64,000 nucleotides of DNA from positions 1 through 64,000 of IMG/VR virus record IMGVR_UViG_2933279956_000001, one strand, 5' to 3'. A model generated the notes under the pieces. The model was not told where the DNA came from and did not search any database. It was given only the letters and a program-made list of their open reading frames with translations. The DNA comes from a virus. Lineage: Duplodnaviria > Caudoviricetes. Shown one piece after another: positions 9,414 to 18,381 of this stretch; the stretch's first letter is position 1, and each line of letters begins with the position of its first letter. The translations under genes were made by a program, and so were the position numbers.

Positions 9414-9938
9414 GTGAGCAGCGCCTTCCCCAGAGCCGAATGGGCGACGATGAACGACGAGCGTTCAGTGTTAGAGGACCTGTACCGCAACATTCAGCAG
9501 ATCGCCGAGTGGATCCGGTTCGCCGACGCCAAGGCGGGAGCCATCGTCGCGGTCAACGGCGTCATGATCGCTTTCTACGCTGGGCGCCTCGGCGGAAATC
9601 CCAGACCTTCTGCCATCGCCGTGGTGTCCACCTCGGCGGCTCTTGTTGTAGCGGCCTTCAGCGCGCTCCTAGCCGTGGTGACCGTTTCGCCGAGGGCCCG
9701 CCGCCTCGGGGCGAACTCCGCGATTCACTACGGCACCATCGCGGCGCACGCGTCGGCGGAGGCATTCCACCAGACCGTCATGACCGTGTACGCCGATGCA
9801 AAGCAACTGGACCGAGCGCTATCGACCGAGCTATGGATGCTGGCGCGGATCGCGGACCGCAAGTACATCTATGTGGTCTGGGCCATACGTGTATGGATCG
9901 CCGCCTTCCTCCTGGGCGTGGTCACCCTGCTGCTGTGA
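9414..9938 (+). CDS. Pycsar-type transmembrane effector (DUF5706/PycTM-like)
   Basis: WIRFADAKAG, TM-TM-SPR, IHYGTIA, LARIADRKY, final TM. Confidence 0.8.
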   Translation: MSSAFPRAEWATMNDERSVLEDLYRNIQQIAEWIRFADAKAGAIVAVNGVMIAFYAGRLGGNPRPSAIAVVSTSAALVVAAFSALLAVVTVSPRARRLGANSAIHYGTIAAHASAEAFHQTVMTVYADAKQLDRALSTELWMLARIADRKYIYVVWAIRVWIAAFLLGVVTLLL

Positions 9939-9960
9939 CCACAACCCAGCTGCCGCGTCA

Positions 9961-10434
9961 CTACGGTCGAAAGGTCCGTTCGTCCTGTGCCACGAGGAAG
10001 CGGTCGATCTCCATCCGCAGGGCCGCGACCCGCACCGGGTCGATCCGGGTGCTCTTCCGGATGGCGGCCAGCGGATCAACGGCACGCCGGCCGCGCGCCG
10101 CCGCCGCGGTGGTGACGAGTTCGCCGTAGCGTTCCTTGCACGCGGCGATCTGCCCGAGCAGCCGCTCGCGCGCCTGCCCGGCTTCGCCTTCGAGCAGGAC
10201 CTGGCCGTCCGCGTCACCGGCGGCCGCCATCCACGACAGCAGGGGCGCGTACAGCAGCGCGTCGATCGCCTCGTCGAGCGTCTGCAGGCCGTGTTCAGCC
10301 ATCCGGTGCTCGAACGCCTCCTTCGGGATGCTGGCCGCGAACGGTGTCGCGCCCCCGCTCTCGGGCTCGTAGTGGACGAGCCACGTCGTCGGCCCTTCCT
10401 CCACCCGGTCGATGCGCCAACTGCGAACGCTCAT
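9961..10434 (-). CDS. Tail-tip partner protein A
   Basis: IPKEAFEHRMAEHG..LDEAIDALL..DPLAAIRKSTRIDPVRV; ATG overlaps the stop of tail-tip gene A. Confidence 0.7.
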   Translation of the reverse strand: MSVRSWRIDRVEEGPTTWLVHYEPESGGATPFAASIPKEAFEHRMAEHGLQTLDEAIDALLYAPLLSWMAAAGDADGQVLLEGEAGQARERLLGQIAACKERYGELVTTAAAARGRRAVDPLAAIRKSTRIDPVRVAALRMEIDRFLVAQDERTFRP

Positions 10435-13193
10435 GCCACTCCGTGTTGTCTCCAGGCCCACACGTGCAGCGCGACGCTGAAGTTGGGCGGGCTGCCGATG
10501 CCGGACTCGTTAGAGCGGAGCGTGAACCCGGTCGAGACCGGGTTACGGATGTTGAAGCTCAGCCGCTCCGGGATCGGGTTGTCCGGCGTGATGACGACGC
10601 GGGGCGTGGACTGCAACGTGACGTTGAAGTTCACGAAGTACGTCGACGCGGCCGACTGGCCGATCTCGGGCAGCGACCGCATGAACATGACCAGCCCGGC
10701 CTGCGCCTCGTAGGTGAAGGTGCCGCGGAAGGAGGTGTAGCCGGTCGCCGAGCCGCCGCCGTTGTTGAACAGCCACCGGTTCAGGCGTCCGGCGATGTCG
10801 TTGTAGCCGACCTCCAGCCGGTCCGGCTGCGCGAACATGTAGCCGCCGCCGGCGAGGCCGTCGGAGGTCTGCACCATGTGCATGCGCCACTCGTCGCCCT
10901 TCTGGATCACCTCCGAGCGGCGGGTGCCGTCCGGGCTGGTGCCGGAGTAGAGGCGGATGGCGGCGTTGCTGTCGGTCCAGATGCGGGCGTGGTTCGTGCC
11001 GGAGCCCGGCATGAACCGGATCTCGGGGTCGGCCGCGCCAGCCGGGTTGATGATGATGCGGCGGCCGGTGAGCCCGGTGGCGAGCTGGCCGACGATGGAG
11101 ACCGCGCCGGACGCGGACGACACCAGCACCGTCTGCACGCCGGACCCGTTGTACGCCTCCAGCCCGGCCGTACTGAGTTCGACGCGGGCGCCCGTCGGCG
11201 TCCCTGCGACGAGGCGGGACACCAGCGTGAGGATCGCCTCCAGCTTGTCGGCCGTGATCGCGTTCGCCGAGATGTGGCTGGCTTGGACGGCTCCGGCGGA
11301 GATCTTCGCCGCGGTGACGGCGTTCGCGACGAGCGCGCCGGTGGTGATGGAGTTGTTCGCCGCGTCTCCGGCGACGAGCGGCACCGTCGCGATGGTGGCG
11401 GACGCGGAGCGCGGTGAGGCGTTGCCGCTGCGGTCGACGGCGGTGAAGGAGAAGTCGCGGTCGACGCCGTACGGCAGGCCGGGGACAACGATGGAGCCTG
11501 CCGCCAGCAGGTAGCCGATCTCCTGCCAGCCGGGCGCGAGCGGGTCCTGCATCCACACGAGGACCCGGTCGAGGTCGGACGGCATCGGGGAGGCTCCCAC
11601 GCCGAGGCCGTCCCAGGTGACGTGCACGACCCCGAGCCGGGTGGCCAGCGCGGGCGCGGTCGGCGTGGGCGGCGCCGTGGTGTCGTCCGGCACCGTCACC
11701 GCCACCGAGGAGGAGAACGGGCCGCGTGCGCCGAGGTTGATGGCGCGCACCTTGAACTGGTACTGCTCGCCGATCACCAGCGGGGAGAACGTCGCGTTGA
11801 CGTCCCCGGCCTGCGTGAGCGCGACGAGGAACCACGGCTGCCCGACCTCGTTGACGCGCATGAACAGCTCGTAGCCGCCCACGGTGAGCGCGACGCCGTT
11901 CACGTCCGCCGTCACCGCGCCCCACGATGCCGTCACCTGACCGCGCGGGAACCCGGCCTCGTCGATGTAGGCGACCGGGTCCACGATCAGCCCGGCCGGA
12001 GCCGCTGGCGTGCGCGGTGCCGGGGCCTCCGGTGCTGGCCTCGCTCCGGACCCTCCGTCAGCGGTGCTGCCTCCGACGATGCCCGCGGTACGGCGGGCCA
12101 GCCGCAGGTCGCGTTCGAGGAGGCGGTCGTTGAGGACGAGGTTGCCGCCGACGACGCGGTGCTCGTCGAGCGTGACCGTCATCTGCCTGATCCTCAGGGA
12201 CTCCATGGCCCCGGCCTCGCCGGGGGCGAAGATGCGGTCTCCGGGCCGGTAGTCCCTCCACGGGAACCACCTGCTGTCCGCAGTGACCAAGATCCCTCGG
12301 GTGCGTTGGACACGTTCCCGATCACCGCGCGCTAGGACGGACGCTGCGAGGAGTTGAGCGGTCCCGGAGTCAGAGACACCCCCCTGACCCACGTACGTCT
12401 CCCAGGGCCCCCACGGACCGTGATTGCTGGTGGAGACGGTGATCTGGAACCCGCCCTCACCCCGAACGAGGACCCTGGACGCCCGGTCCTCCAGCGTCCC
12501 GGTCTCAGGGGCCTCCACCACGTCGCGGCCGTACCGAAGGTCCACCGGAGCTGGGCCCGTCGCGAGGTCGCGCCCGAGCTGGGTGTCGGCGTTGAACAGC
12601 TGGACCGTCCGGCCGGTCGTGCGGAAGTCGAGCACGGCCTGCTCGGCGAGGTTGATGAGCACCTTGAGAGCGTCGATGCCGAGCTCGTAGTAGATCGTGA
12701 GGATCTTGGCCCACGCCTGCCCTGCGGAGTCGTGCGTCGGCGTGAAGTCCCACGTGATGCCCGGCGCGACTCCCCGCGCTTGGGCCTCCTGGAGGAACGT
12801 CTGCATGATCGCGCCCGGCGTCGCCGACAGGAACGCTCGCTTGCCGTCCACGAGCGGCGCCGGGCCCGGGTACAGGACGACCTTGGACAGCTGCCAGATC
12901 CAGCCCGGCATCTCGTACGCCGACACCGCGGCGCGGTCAACGCCGTCGGCACGGCGCTTGATCCGCAGGAACCGGCCGTCCGGCGGCTCCGTCCAGACGA
13001 GTCCGTCGCTGCTCCACTCGATCGCGATCTCGCACGGCTGCGCCAGCTGGGCCGCGCCGGTCGAGCGGCCGCTGTAGGACAGCTTCAGCGCGGGCACGTC
13101 ATCGAGCGGCTGCCCGATCTCCGCCTTGAGCGGGTTCGGCAGAACACCCAGCCTCACCCCGTTCGGGGCGTACGCAACGAGACGGAGGTCCAC
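10431..13193 (-). CDS. Minor tail/tail-tip protein A, 920 aa
   Basis: LRLVAYAPNG start, FN3-like YQFKVRAIN, SANAITADKL repeats; GGAGGT RBS. Confidence 0.85.
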   Translation of the reverse strand: MDLRLVAYAPNGVRLGVLPNPLKAEIGQPLDDVPALKLSYSGRSTGAAQLAQPCEIAIEWSSDGLVWTEPPDGRFLRIKRRADGVDRAAVSAYEMPGWIWQLSKVVLYPGPAPLVDGKRAFLSATPGAIMQTFLQEAQARGVAPGITWDFTPTHDSAGQAWAKILTIYYELGIDALKVLINLAEQAVLDFRTTGRTVQLFNADTQLGRDLATGPAPVDLRYGRDVVEAPETGTLEDRASRVLVRGEGGFQITVSTSNHGPWGPWETYVGQGGVSDSGTAQLLAASVLARGDRERVQRTRGILVTADSRWFPWRDYRPGDRIFAPGEAGAMESLRIRQMTVTLDEHRVVGGNLVLNDRLLERDLRLARRTAGIVGGSTADGGSGARPAPEAPAPRTPAAPAGLIVDPVAYIDEAGFPRGQVTASWGAVTADVNGVALTVGGYELFMRVNEVGQPWFLVALTQAGDVNATFSPLVIGEQYQFKVRAINLGARGPFSSSVAVTVPDDTTAPPTPTAPALATRLGVVHVTWDGLGVGASPMPSDLDRVLVWMQDPLAPGWQEIGYLLAAGSIVVPGLPYGVDRDFSFTAVDRSGNASPRSASATIATVPLVAGDAANNSITTGALVANAVTAAKISAGAVQASHISANAITADKLEAILTLVSRLVAGTPTGARVELSTAGLEAYNGSGVQTVLVSSASGAVSIVGQLATGLTGRRIIINPAGAADPEIRFMPGSGTNHARIWTDSNAAIRLYSGTSPDGTRRSEVIQKGDEWRMHMVQTSDGLAGGGYMFAQPDRLEVGYNDIAGRLNRWLFNNGGGSATGYTSFRGTFTYEAQAGLVMFMRSLPEIGQSAASTYFVNFNVTLQSTPRVVITPDNPIPERLSFNIRNPVSTGFTLRSNESGIGSPPNFSVALHVWAWRQHGVA

Positions 13194-13231
13194 TTCACCT
13201 CCAACTCCACCGCGCGAGAGGGGTCAGGCAG

Positions 13232-13780
13232 TCAGCCCAGGGCGATGATCGGGTACTTGCTGTACGACTGCCACAACCCAGGCGAGCCGAGGCGAAGCAC
13301 CGCGGGCGGTTCGCCGACCGACATGCTGATGTAGCTGGCGGGGTTGAAGATGAAGGGCCCGACCTGAGGGCCTGGGTTGTACAGCTTCACGTGGCTGTCG
13401 GACACGCCAGCGACCGAGACATACACCATCACCTTGCGCAGCTCGTCCGAGGCGGCGATCGGCGCCGGGAAGTGCGCGTTGTGCCAGCCCGCGATCGGCA
13501 TCGCATCCGAGGGGTTGGTGATGCCGATCGGCAGCATCGAGCCACTGGCCGACTGGTAGACCGCCGCGGTGAAGGTGCCCGTGGTGGTAGGCGTCCCCCG
13601 CAGGGCGATCGAGACGCCGATACAGGATCGGCCAGGCGGGATGTACAGCGGCATCGCATAGGCCAGGTGCACGTCTCCGGGTGGGGTGATCACCTCGTCG
13701 TTGATGAGGTAGGTGGGGATGCTCTGGGTGATCCCGTACTGGCCGGGCCCAGTGTGCTCGAAATGCCGGTGCGGGGGCAC
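13232..13780 (-). CDS. Beta-rich protein in tail region (start uncertain)
   Basis: Protein-like composition, same strand as tail genes; frame stays open upstream to ~13825. Confidence 0.55.
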   Translation of the reverse strand: MPPHRHFEHTGPGQYGITQSIPTYLINDEVITPPGDVHLAYAMPLYIPPGRSCIGVSIALRGTPTTTGTFTAAVYQSASGSMLPIGITNPSDAMPIAGWHNAHFPAPIAASDELRKVMVYVSVAGVSDSHVKLYNPGPQVGPFIFNPASYISMSVGEPPAVLRLGSPGLWQSYSKYPIIALG

Positions 13781-14109
13781 CTCGGCCGCGTCGGACAGGG
13801 CGAGGTCGGCGTTGATCGTTGATTCCCTTCATCGGTGGGAGAGTCGGCGCGGATCCCGCCGTCAGCGGGTGAGGCGGAACAGGCACATGGGCCTGTCTGA
13901 CGGTCTGGGCGGGCAATCCGGAGAGCAAGTTCAAGATTTTTCCGTGACACAAACCAGCATCGAAAATGTGTCAGAGAGAGGCAGTGACCAGCCAATGTCT
14001 TTAAACAGACGTTGAACGCATGGAGCCCTCGGGCGGGTTTCCCTCTCACGCGACGAACGCGATGCGAGTATTCTTTGTCTCACCATCTAGCGAAAGGCGG
14101 CGATCGCGC

Positions 14110-14217
14110 ATGCGCGCGTTAGACCCGAACAACGGGCGGGGGGAGCAGCGGCTCCTGGCCGTCAAGATCCTGGTGATCTTCACCGAGTGGATCATCCGGC
14201 ATTGGCCGTTCACCTGA
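14110..14217 (+). CDS. 35-aa hydrophobic peptide (MRALDPNNGRGEQRLLAVKILVIFTEWIIRHWPFT)
   Basis: GAAAGG upstream; followed by hairpin 14255-14297. Confidence 0.45.
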   Translation: MRALDPNNGRGEQRLLAVKILVIFTEWIIRHWPFT

Positions 14218-14386
14218 CCACATAAGGCCAGGTGAGGACCACAACCTCAACATCCGAGACCCCCCGTTCACGCTTGCAGGCAGGGCGGGGGTTCTCGCTG
14301 TCTCGTCTCCAGCTTAGCAACTTCGCCTGCTTTGCGAAATTAACATCTCGAACGATATCCGCAAAGCTAGTGGCAGAGATAAATAT

Positions 14387-14538
14387 CTAGCGGTAGTCAA
14401 ACCGGAAAGTAGTAACTGCGGCTAGCAATTCGCGGAAGCTTGATATCAGTAGTGGAAATCTAGATTTTGACTAGCGTTGTGATATCCCTGGAGAACTTGC
14501 TACGGCTAGTAAGACGTGGAAGTACTAACTACCGCTAG
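14387..14538. repeat. Degenerate ~150-bp palindrome, AT- and CTAG-rich
   Basis: Nested inverted pairs centred on AAATCTAGATTT (14456-14467). Confidence 0.7.
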
Positions 14539-14571
14539 TTGTTGCATCCGGCTCGACTGCATCGCCGCAGG

Positions 14572-15450
14572 TCACAGGTAGGCACGGCGTCCGCGGATCT
14601 CCAGCTTCGACGCCGCGGTGGTCGACGTCGCCGAGCTGGTGACCAGCACCACGCGGGAGAACGGGTCGCCGACGCCGATCGTCGGGGTCAGGTGCAGCCA
14701 CCGGAAAGCCGACCCGGGGCCGGTCGCCTGGATGTCGCCGGTCACGTCGACCACGTCCGGGCCGGGCGTCAGGTCCCACGTGTCGATGGTCGCCTTCGAC
14801 GCGCGCATGGCCGCGCAGTCGATGAGGAGCCGCTCGCCGGCGAGGAGGCCGGACGGGCGGCGGATGGTGGCGCCGGTGGCCACGTCGACCACGGTGGGGT
14901 TCACGGCCGGGCCGGTGATGCGCAGGAGCGCGTCGGTGATGGGGCCGGTCGCTCCGGCGAAGGTGGTGACGGGCTGGCTCGCGCCGTTCGCTGATCCCTC
15001 CCACGTGGACGGGATCGGGTCGCGCCAGAAGACGCCAGGGATCTTCACCACGGCGGTGAAGCGCGCCCTGGCCGGGCCGGGGTCGAGCTCGATCTCGGAG
15101 GTGGTCTCCACGGTGACGTCGGCGACGCGGACGATCGACCCGGTCGTGTAGGTGAGCGTCATGAGCCGGTGGCGGACGCCGAACACGGCGGCGAGCGCTT
15201 CCAGGTTGGTCTCCAGCTGTTCGACGCCGCCGTTGGAGCCGTCCGGGCGGATGCCGTACGCGCCGACGACGATGGGGAGCGTGGTGGCCTCCAGGTCGAG
15301 GCCGTGCACGGGGATCTCGCCGGAGCGGCCGGGCACCTTGAGCGAGACGGCGCGGACGCCCGGGAGCGGCCGTCGCTTGGTGCCGACCTTGGCTCGCCAG
15401 CAGCCTGCTGGGTGGTCAAGCGGTACTCCGTCGAGCGTGTACGTCGGCAT
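14572..15450 (-). CDS. Distal tail (Dit-like) protein
   Basis: First same-strand gene after the tape-measure genes; VPGRSGEI, IPGVFWRD, ITGPAVNP, ends RRAYL. Confidence 0.75.
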   Translation of the reverse strand: MPTYTLDGVPLDHPAGCWRAKVGTKRRPLPGVRAVSLKVPGRSGEIPVHGLDLEATTLPIVVGAYGIRPDGSNGGVEQLETNLEALAAVFGVRHRLMTLTYTTGSIVRVADVTVETTSEIELDPGPARARFTAVVKIPGVFWRDPIPSTWEGSANGASQPVTTFAGATGPITDALLRITGPAVNPTVVDVATGATIRRPSGLLAGERLLIDCAAMRASKATIDTWDLTPGPDVVDVTGDIQATGPGSAFRWLHLTPTIGVGDPFSRVVLVTSSATSTTAASKLEIRGRRAYL

Positions 15451-15709
15451 CGTCCCCTCCCCTCTCGGTCCGATGAGCTTCCTCGGGAGTACTTCGGGTT
15501 CCGAGTACCGCCGATGGACGGGCCTGGATACCGCGCCACGCGACCGAGGCTGGCGGTCGCGTACCGCCGGTGTTTACACGCCACTTCAACCAGCAGGCAG
15601 ACGACGGGACAAGCCGCTGCTCGTTAGCGTTTGACCACTTCAAGCCCCCGCTTTCGGAAGCCAAGAGGGCTCAACGGAGGGCTCAGGAGCAACACACAGG
15701 AGGTCGCAC

Positions 15710-16009
15710 ATGCGTACGACGTGGAAGGTAGCCGCTGCTGCTGTCACCGTCGCGGCCGGGATCGGCCTGGCGGGTCTGCCTGCCGCGGCAAGCACCTCGA
15801 TGGGGTACTTGCCGAGCTGCGCGAAGGTCAAGCACACGACGGGCATCACGTCCCAGACGGTCAAGGTCACCAACAACTGCTCCTACGGCGTCGCGTGGTA
15901 CGTCGACAAGGAAGGGCCGAACAGCGTCTGCTTCTACACCGGTCCGGGCCGGTGGCAGAGCCACAAGTGGCGCAAGATCGATGCCTACCACGGCACGTTC
16001 ACCTGCTAA
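15710..16009 (+). CDS. Secreted 4-Cys protein, tendamistat (alpha-amylase inhibitor)-like spacing
   Basis: AGGAGG RBS, Sec signal peptide, LPSC..NNC..VCFYTGPG..C-terminal C. Confidence 0.65.
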   Translation: MRTTWKVAAAAVTVAAGIGLAGLPAAASTSMGYLPSCAKVKHTTGITSQTVKVTNNCSYGVAWYVDKEGPNSVCFYTGPGRWQSHKWRKIDAYHGTFTC

Positions 16010-16029
16010 GACGTGCCCGTGGCCGACGG

Positions 16030-18333
16030 TTACAGGACACCCAGCATCCCGGCATAGGCCAGCCCGCGGTTGACGGTGTCGGAGGTGGGCTCGGCGACCG
16101 GGTTGATCGCGGTGACGTGCACGGTCACCGCTCCCCCGGTACGGCTCCCGCCGCCGGTGACCGTTCGGCCGGTGGTGGCCAGGTTCGCCGACAGCTCGGG
16201 CGTGAACGCACGGCCGAGCTGTCCGGCGATCGACCGGGCCGCCGTCAGTACGGCGCGGGTCTGGCCAAGCATGCCGTCGCGCATGCCCAGCATCGTGTTG
16301 GCGCCGATCGCGGCGAACAGCGTGGACGGGGAGCGGATGCCGAGCGCCTGCCTCACCCAGTCCGGCATGATCGAGGAGAAGAAGGTGTAGAGGGTGTCGC
16401 GGAACCAGCCGGCCGCTGACGCGATCCCGTTCCACAGCCCTTGCAGCAGCTGGACGCCGAGCTGGCCGACGATGAGCAGGAACTCGCCGATGCCGCGGGC
16501 CGCAACCGCGATGGCGCCGGGGAGATCGCCGCGCAGGAGGCGGGCCGCGCCGTCAAGGAGCTGGATCAGCGGCGGCAGCAGCGACGTCGTCAGCTGAACC
16601 AGCGGCGGCAGAACGGGCAGGATTACCGGGAGCAGGTCGGCGAAGCTCTTGACCATGGACAGCAGGTGCGGGGCCGCGTCCCGCAGCCCAACCAGGAGGG
16701 CCTGGCCGATCTGCCCGGCCACCTGACCGACGAGCACGATCACCGGCCCCAAGATCGGGACCAGCCCAGTGACCAGGTGCGCGATCAGCAGCGCCAGCTG
16801 CGGAAGCAGCGGAGCCAGCGCAGGAACCAACTGGTTGACCACGGTCACACCGAGGCTGGCCAGCAGCGGGATCACCGGCTGCAGCGCGAGCAGCGCCTGA
16901 CCGAAGGAGACGACCAGCAGCTGCAGCGACGGCAGCGCCGCCTGCACCCCGGCAGCGATCGCGCCTGCGATCAGCGCGGCAACCTGGCCGAGCACCGGCA
17001 GCAGCGGGGCCGCCGCAACGAAGATCGCCGACACGGCTCCGCCGAGCAGATGCAGCGCGGGCGCGGCCACCTCGACCGCGCGCCGTACCCCCTCGAAGAT
17101 GGCGGAGATTCCCGGGTAGAGCGCAGCCAGCGCGGGCACCAGGCCTTGCACAGCGGTCGTCAAGATCGGCCCGACCTGGACGGCCAGCGCGCCGATGAGC
17201 GGGGCCAGCACCCCGACGCCCTCCGCGACAGCCACCAGGACGGGCGCGAGCGCGGACGCCGCGTCCCCCATCGCGACGAACATCGCGGTGAGCGTCCGCT
17301 GGCCGCCTGCCGAGTTCACCCACGCGTTGATCCGGTCCAGGATCAGGCCGAGGACGCCGAGCGCGTCGCCGCCAGCCGCGCGCATCGCAGCGAACACCCC
17401 AGACGCGATCCCCCACAGGTCGACGGCAGCCGTCGCGAGCTGGCGCAGCACGGTGACGGCGCCCTGCATCCAGGCGAGCGCGCGCCCCGACTCGGCGGCC
17501 GCGGTGAGGAAGTCACCGAACCGCGCCGCCGCCGCGGCGATCTGCGGGACGAGTCCGGCGCTGAACTGCGCGCCGACCGCAGCGATGCGGGCCAGCCCGG
17601 CCAGCAGCGGATCGATCGCCACCGCCGCGGCGTCGATGGCCGCGCGCAGCGACCCGAAGACGACCGCGAGGGTGGAGACGGCGACCTGGGAGCGGCCGAA
17701 CGCGGCCACCCGGGAGACGGAACGACCGATCGCGTCCGCGACCCCGGCCATGCCGGAGGTGACCGGCCCGGCCAGCACCGCGGCCAGCATGCTGAGCTGC
17801 CCGGCCAGGGGTGCGAACAGCGCCTCCTGCACGGTCACCCGAATGCCGTCCAGGAGCGGCTTCAGGACGCGCAGTTCCCGCGCCACCGCCTGCGCGGCCG
17901 GGGACAGCCGGGCGACCGCTTCCTCGAACTTGGCGGCGTCGTCACCGAGGGCCGCGGAGAACGCGTCGCTGACGCCGTACAGGGCGACCGCGAGCGTGCC
18001 CGCCCCGACAGCGGCGAGCGCCAGCAGGCCCGGCATGGCCGCGACCGCGCCCAGCGCGGGTGCGAGCGCCGCCCCGAGCGACAGCAGCGCGTTCCCTACG
18101 CCGGCCGCCGCAGCGCCGAGGACCGCCACCCGGGCGGCGGCCGCGACGATGCCGACGCCGAACTGAAGCAGCTGTCCGGCCGTCGCGCGGGCGCTGGCTC
18201 CGATCGAGCGGGCGTCCCGGTCGAAGCCGATCGCGGCCAGACGCGACGACGTGGTCGCCTGCGTGAGCGCGCGGATGAACTGCCGGTCCCGCAGGTCGAT
18301 GGAGATGAACAGCTCTCCGACGTTGATCGCCAC
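16030..18333 (-). CDS. Tape measure protein 2 (767 aa)
   Basis: MAINVGEL start, Ala/Leu/Gly helical repeats with periodic Pro, LGIRSPSTLF motif. Confidence 0.85.
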   Translation of the reverse strand: MAINVGELFISIDLRDRQFIRALTQATTSSRLAAIGFDRDARSIGASARATAGQLLQFGVGIVAAAARVAVLGAAAAGVGNALLSLGAALAPALGAVAAMPGLLALAAVGAGTLAVALYGVSDAFSAALGDDAAKFEEAVARLSPAAQAVARELRVLKPLLDGIRVTVQEALFAPLAGQLSMLAAVLAGPVTSGMAGVADAIGRSVSRVAAFGRSQVAVSTLAVVFGSLRAAIDAAAVAIDPLLAGLARIAAVGAQFSAGLVPQIAAAAARFGDFLTAAAESGRALAWMQGAVTVLRQLATAAVDLWGIASGVFAAMRAAGGDALGVLGLILDRINAWVNSAGGQRTLTAMFVAMGDAASALAPVLVAVAEGVGVLAPLIGALAVQVGPILTTAVQGLVPALAALYPGISAIFEGVRRAVEVAAPALHLLGGAVSAIFVAAAPLLPVLGQVAALIAGAIAAGVQAALPSLQLLVVSFGQALLALQPVIPLLASLGVTVVNQLVPALAPLLPQLALLIAHLVTGLVPILGPVIVLVGQVAGQIGQALLVGLRDAAPHLLSMVKSFADLLPVILPVLPPLVQLTTSLLPPLIQLLDGAARLLRGDLPGAIAVAARGIGEFLLIVGQLGVQLLQGLWNGIASAAGWFRDTLYTFFSSIMPDWVRQALGIRSPSTLFAAIGANTMLGMRDGMLGQTRAVLTAARSIAGQLGRAFTPELSANLATTGRTVTGGGSRTGGAVTVHVTAINPVAEPTSDTVNRGLAYAGMLGVL

Positions 18334-18381
18334 CGGCCCTCCCCTCCGAGGGTTGAACCGGCGTGTCGACGCCCTGGCGAG

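Noticed and set aside
6546-13193. Diversity-generating retroelement or invertible shufflon acting on the tail tips
   Set aside because: No reverse transcriptase, no near-identical TR/VR pair, both cassettes in the same orientation, and no adjacent invertase
14387-14538. Protelomerase (telRL) site
   Set aside because: Palindrome is too degenerate and no protelomerase is recognisable in the window
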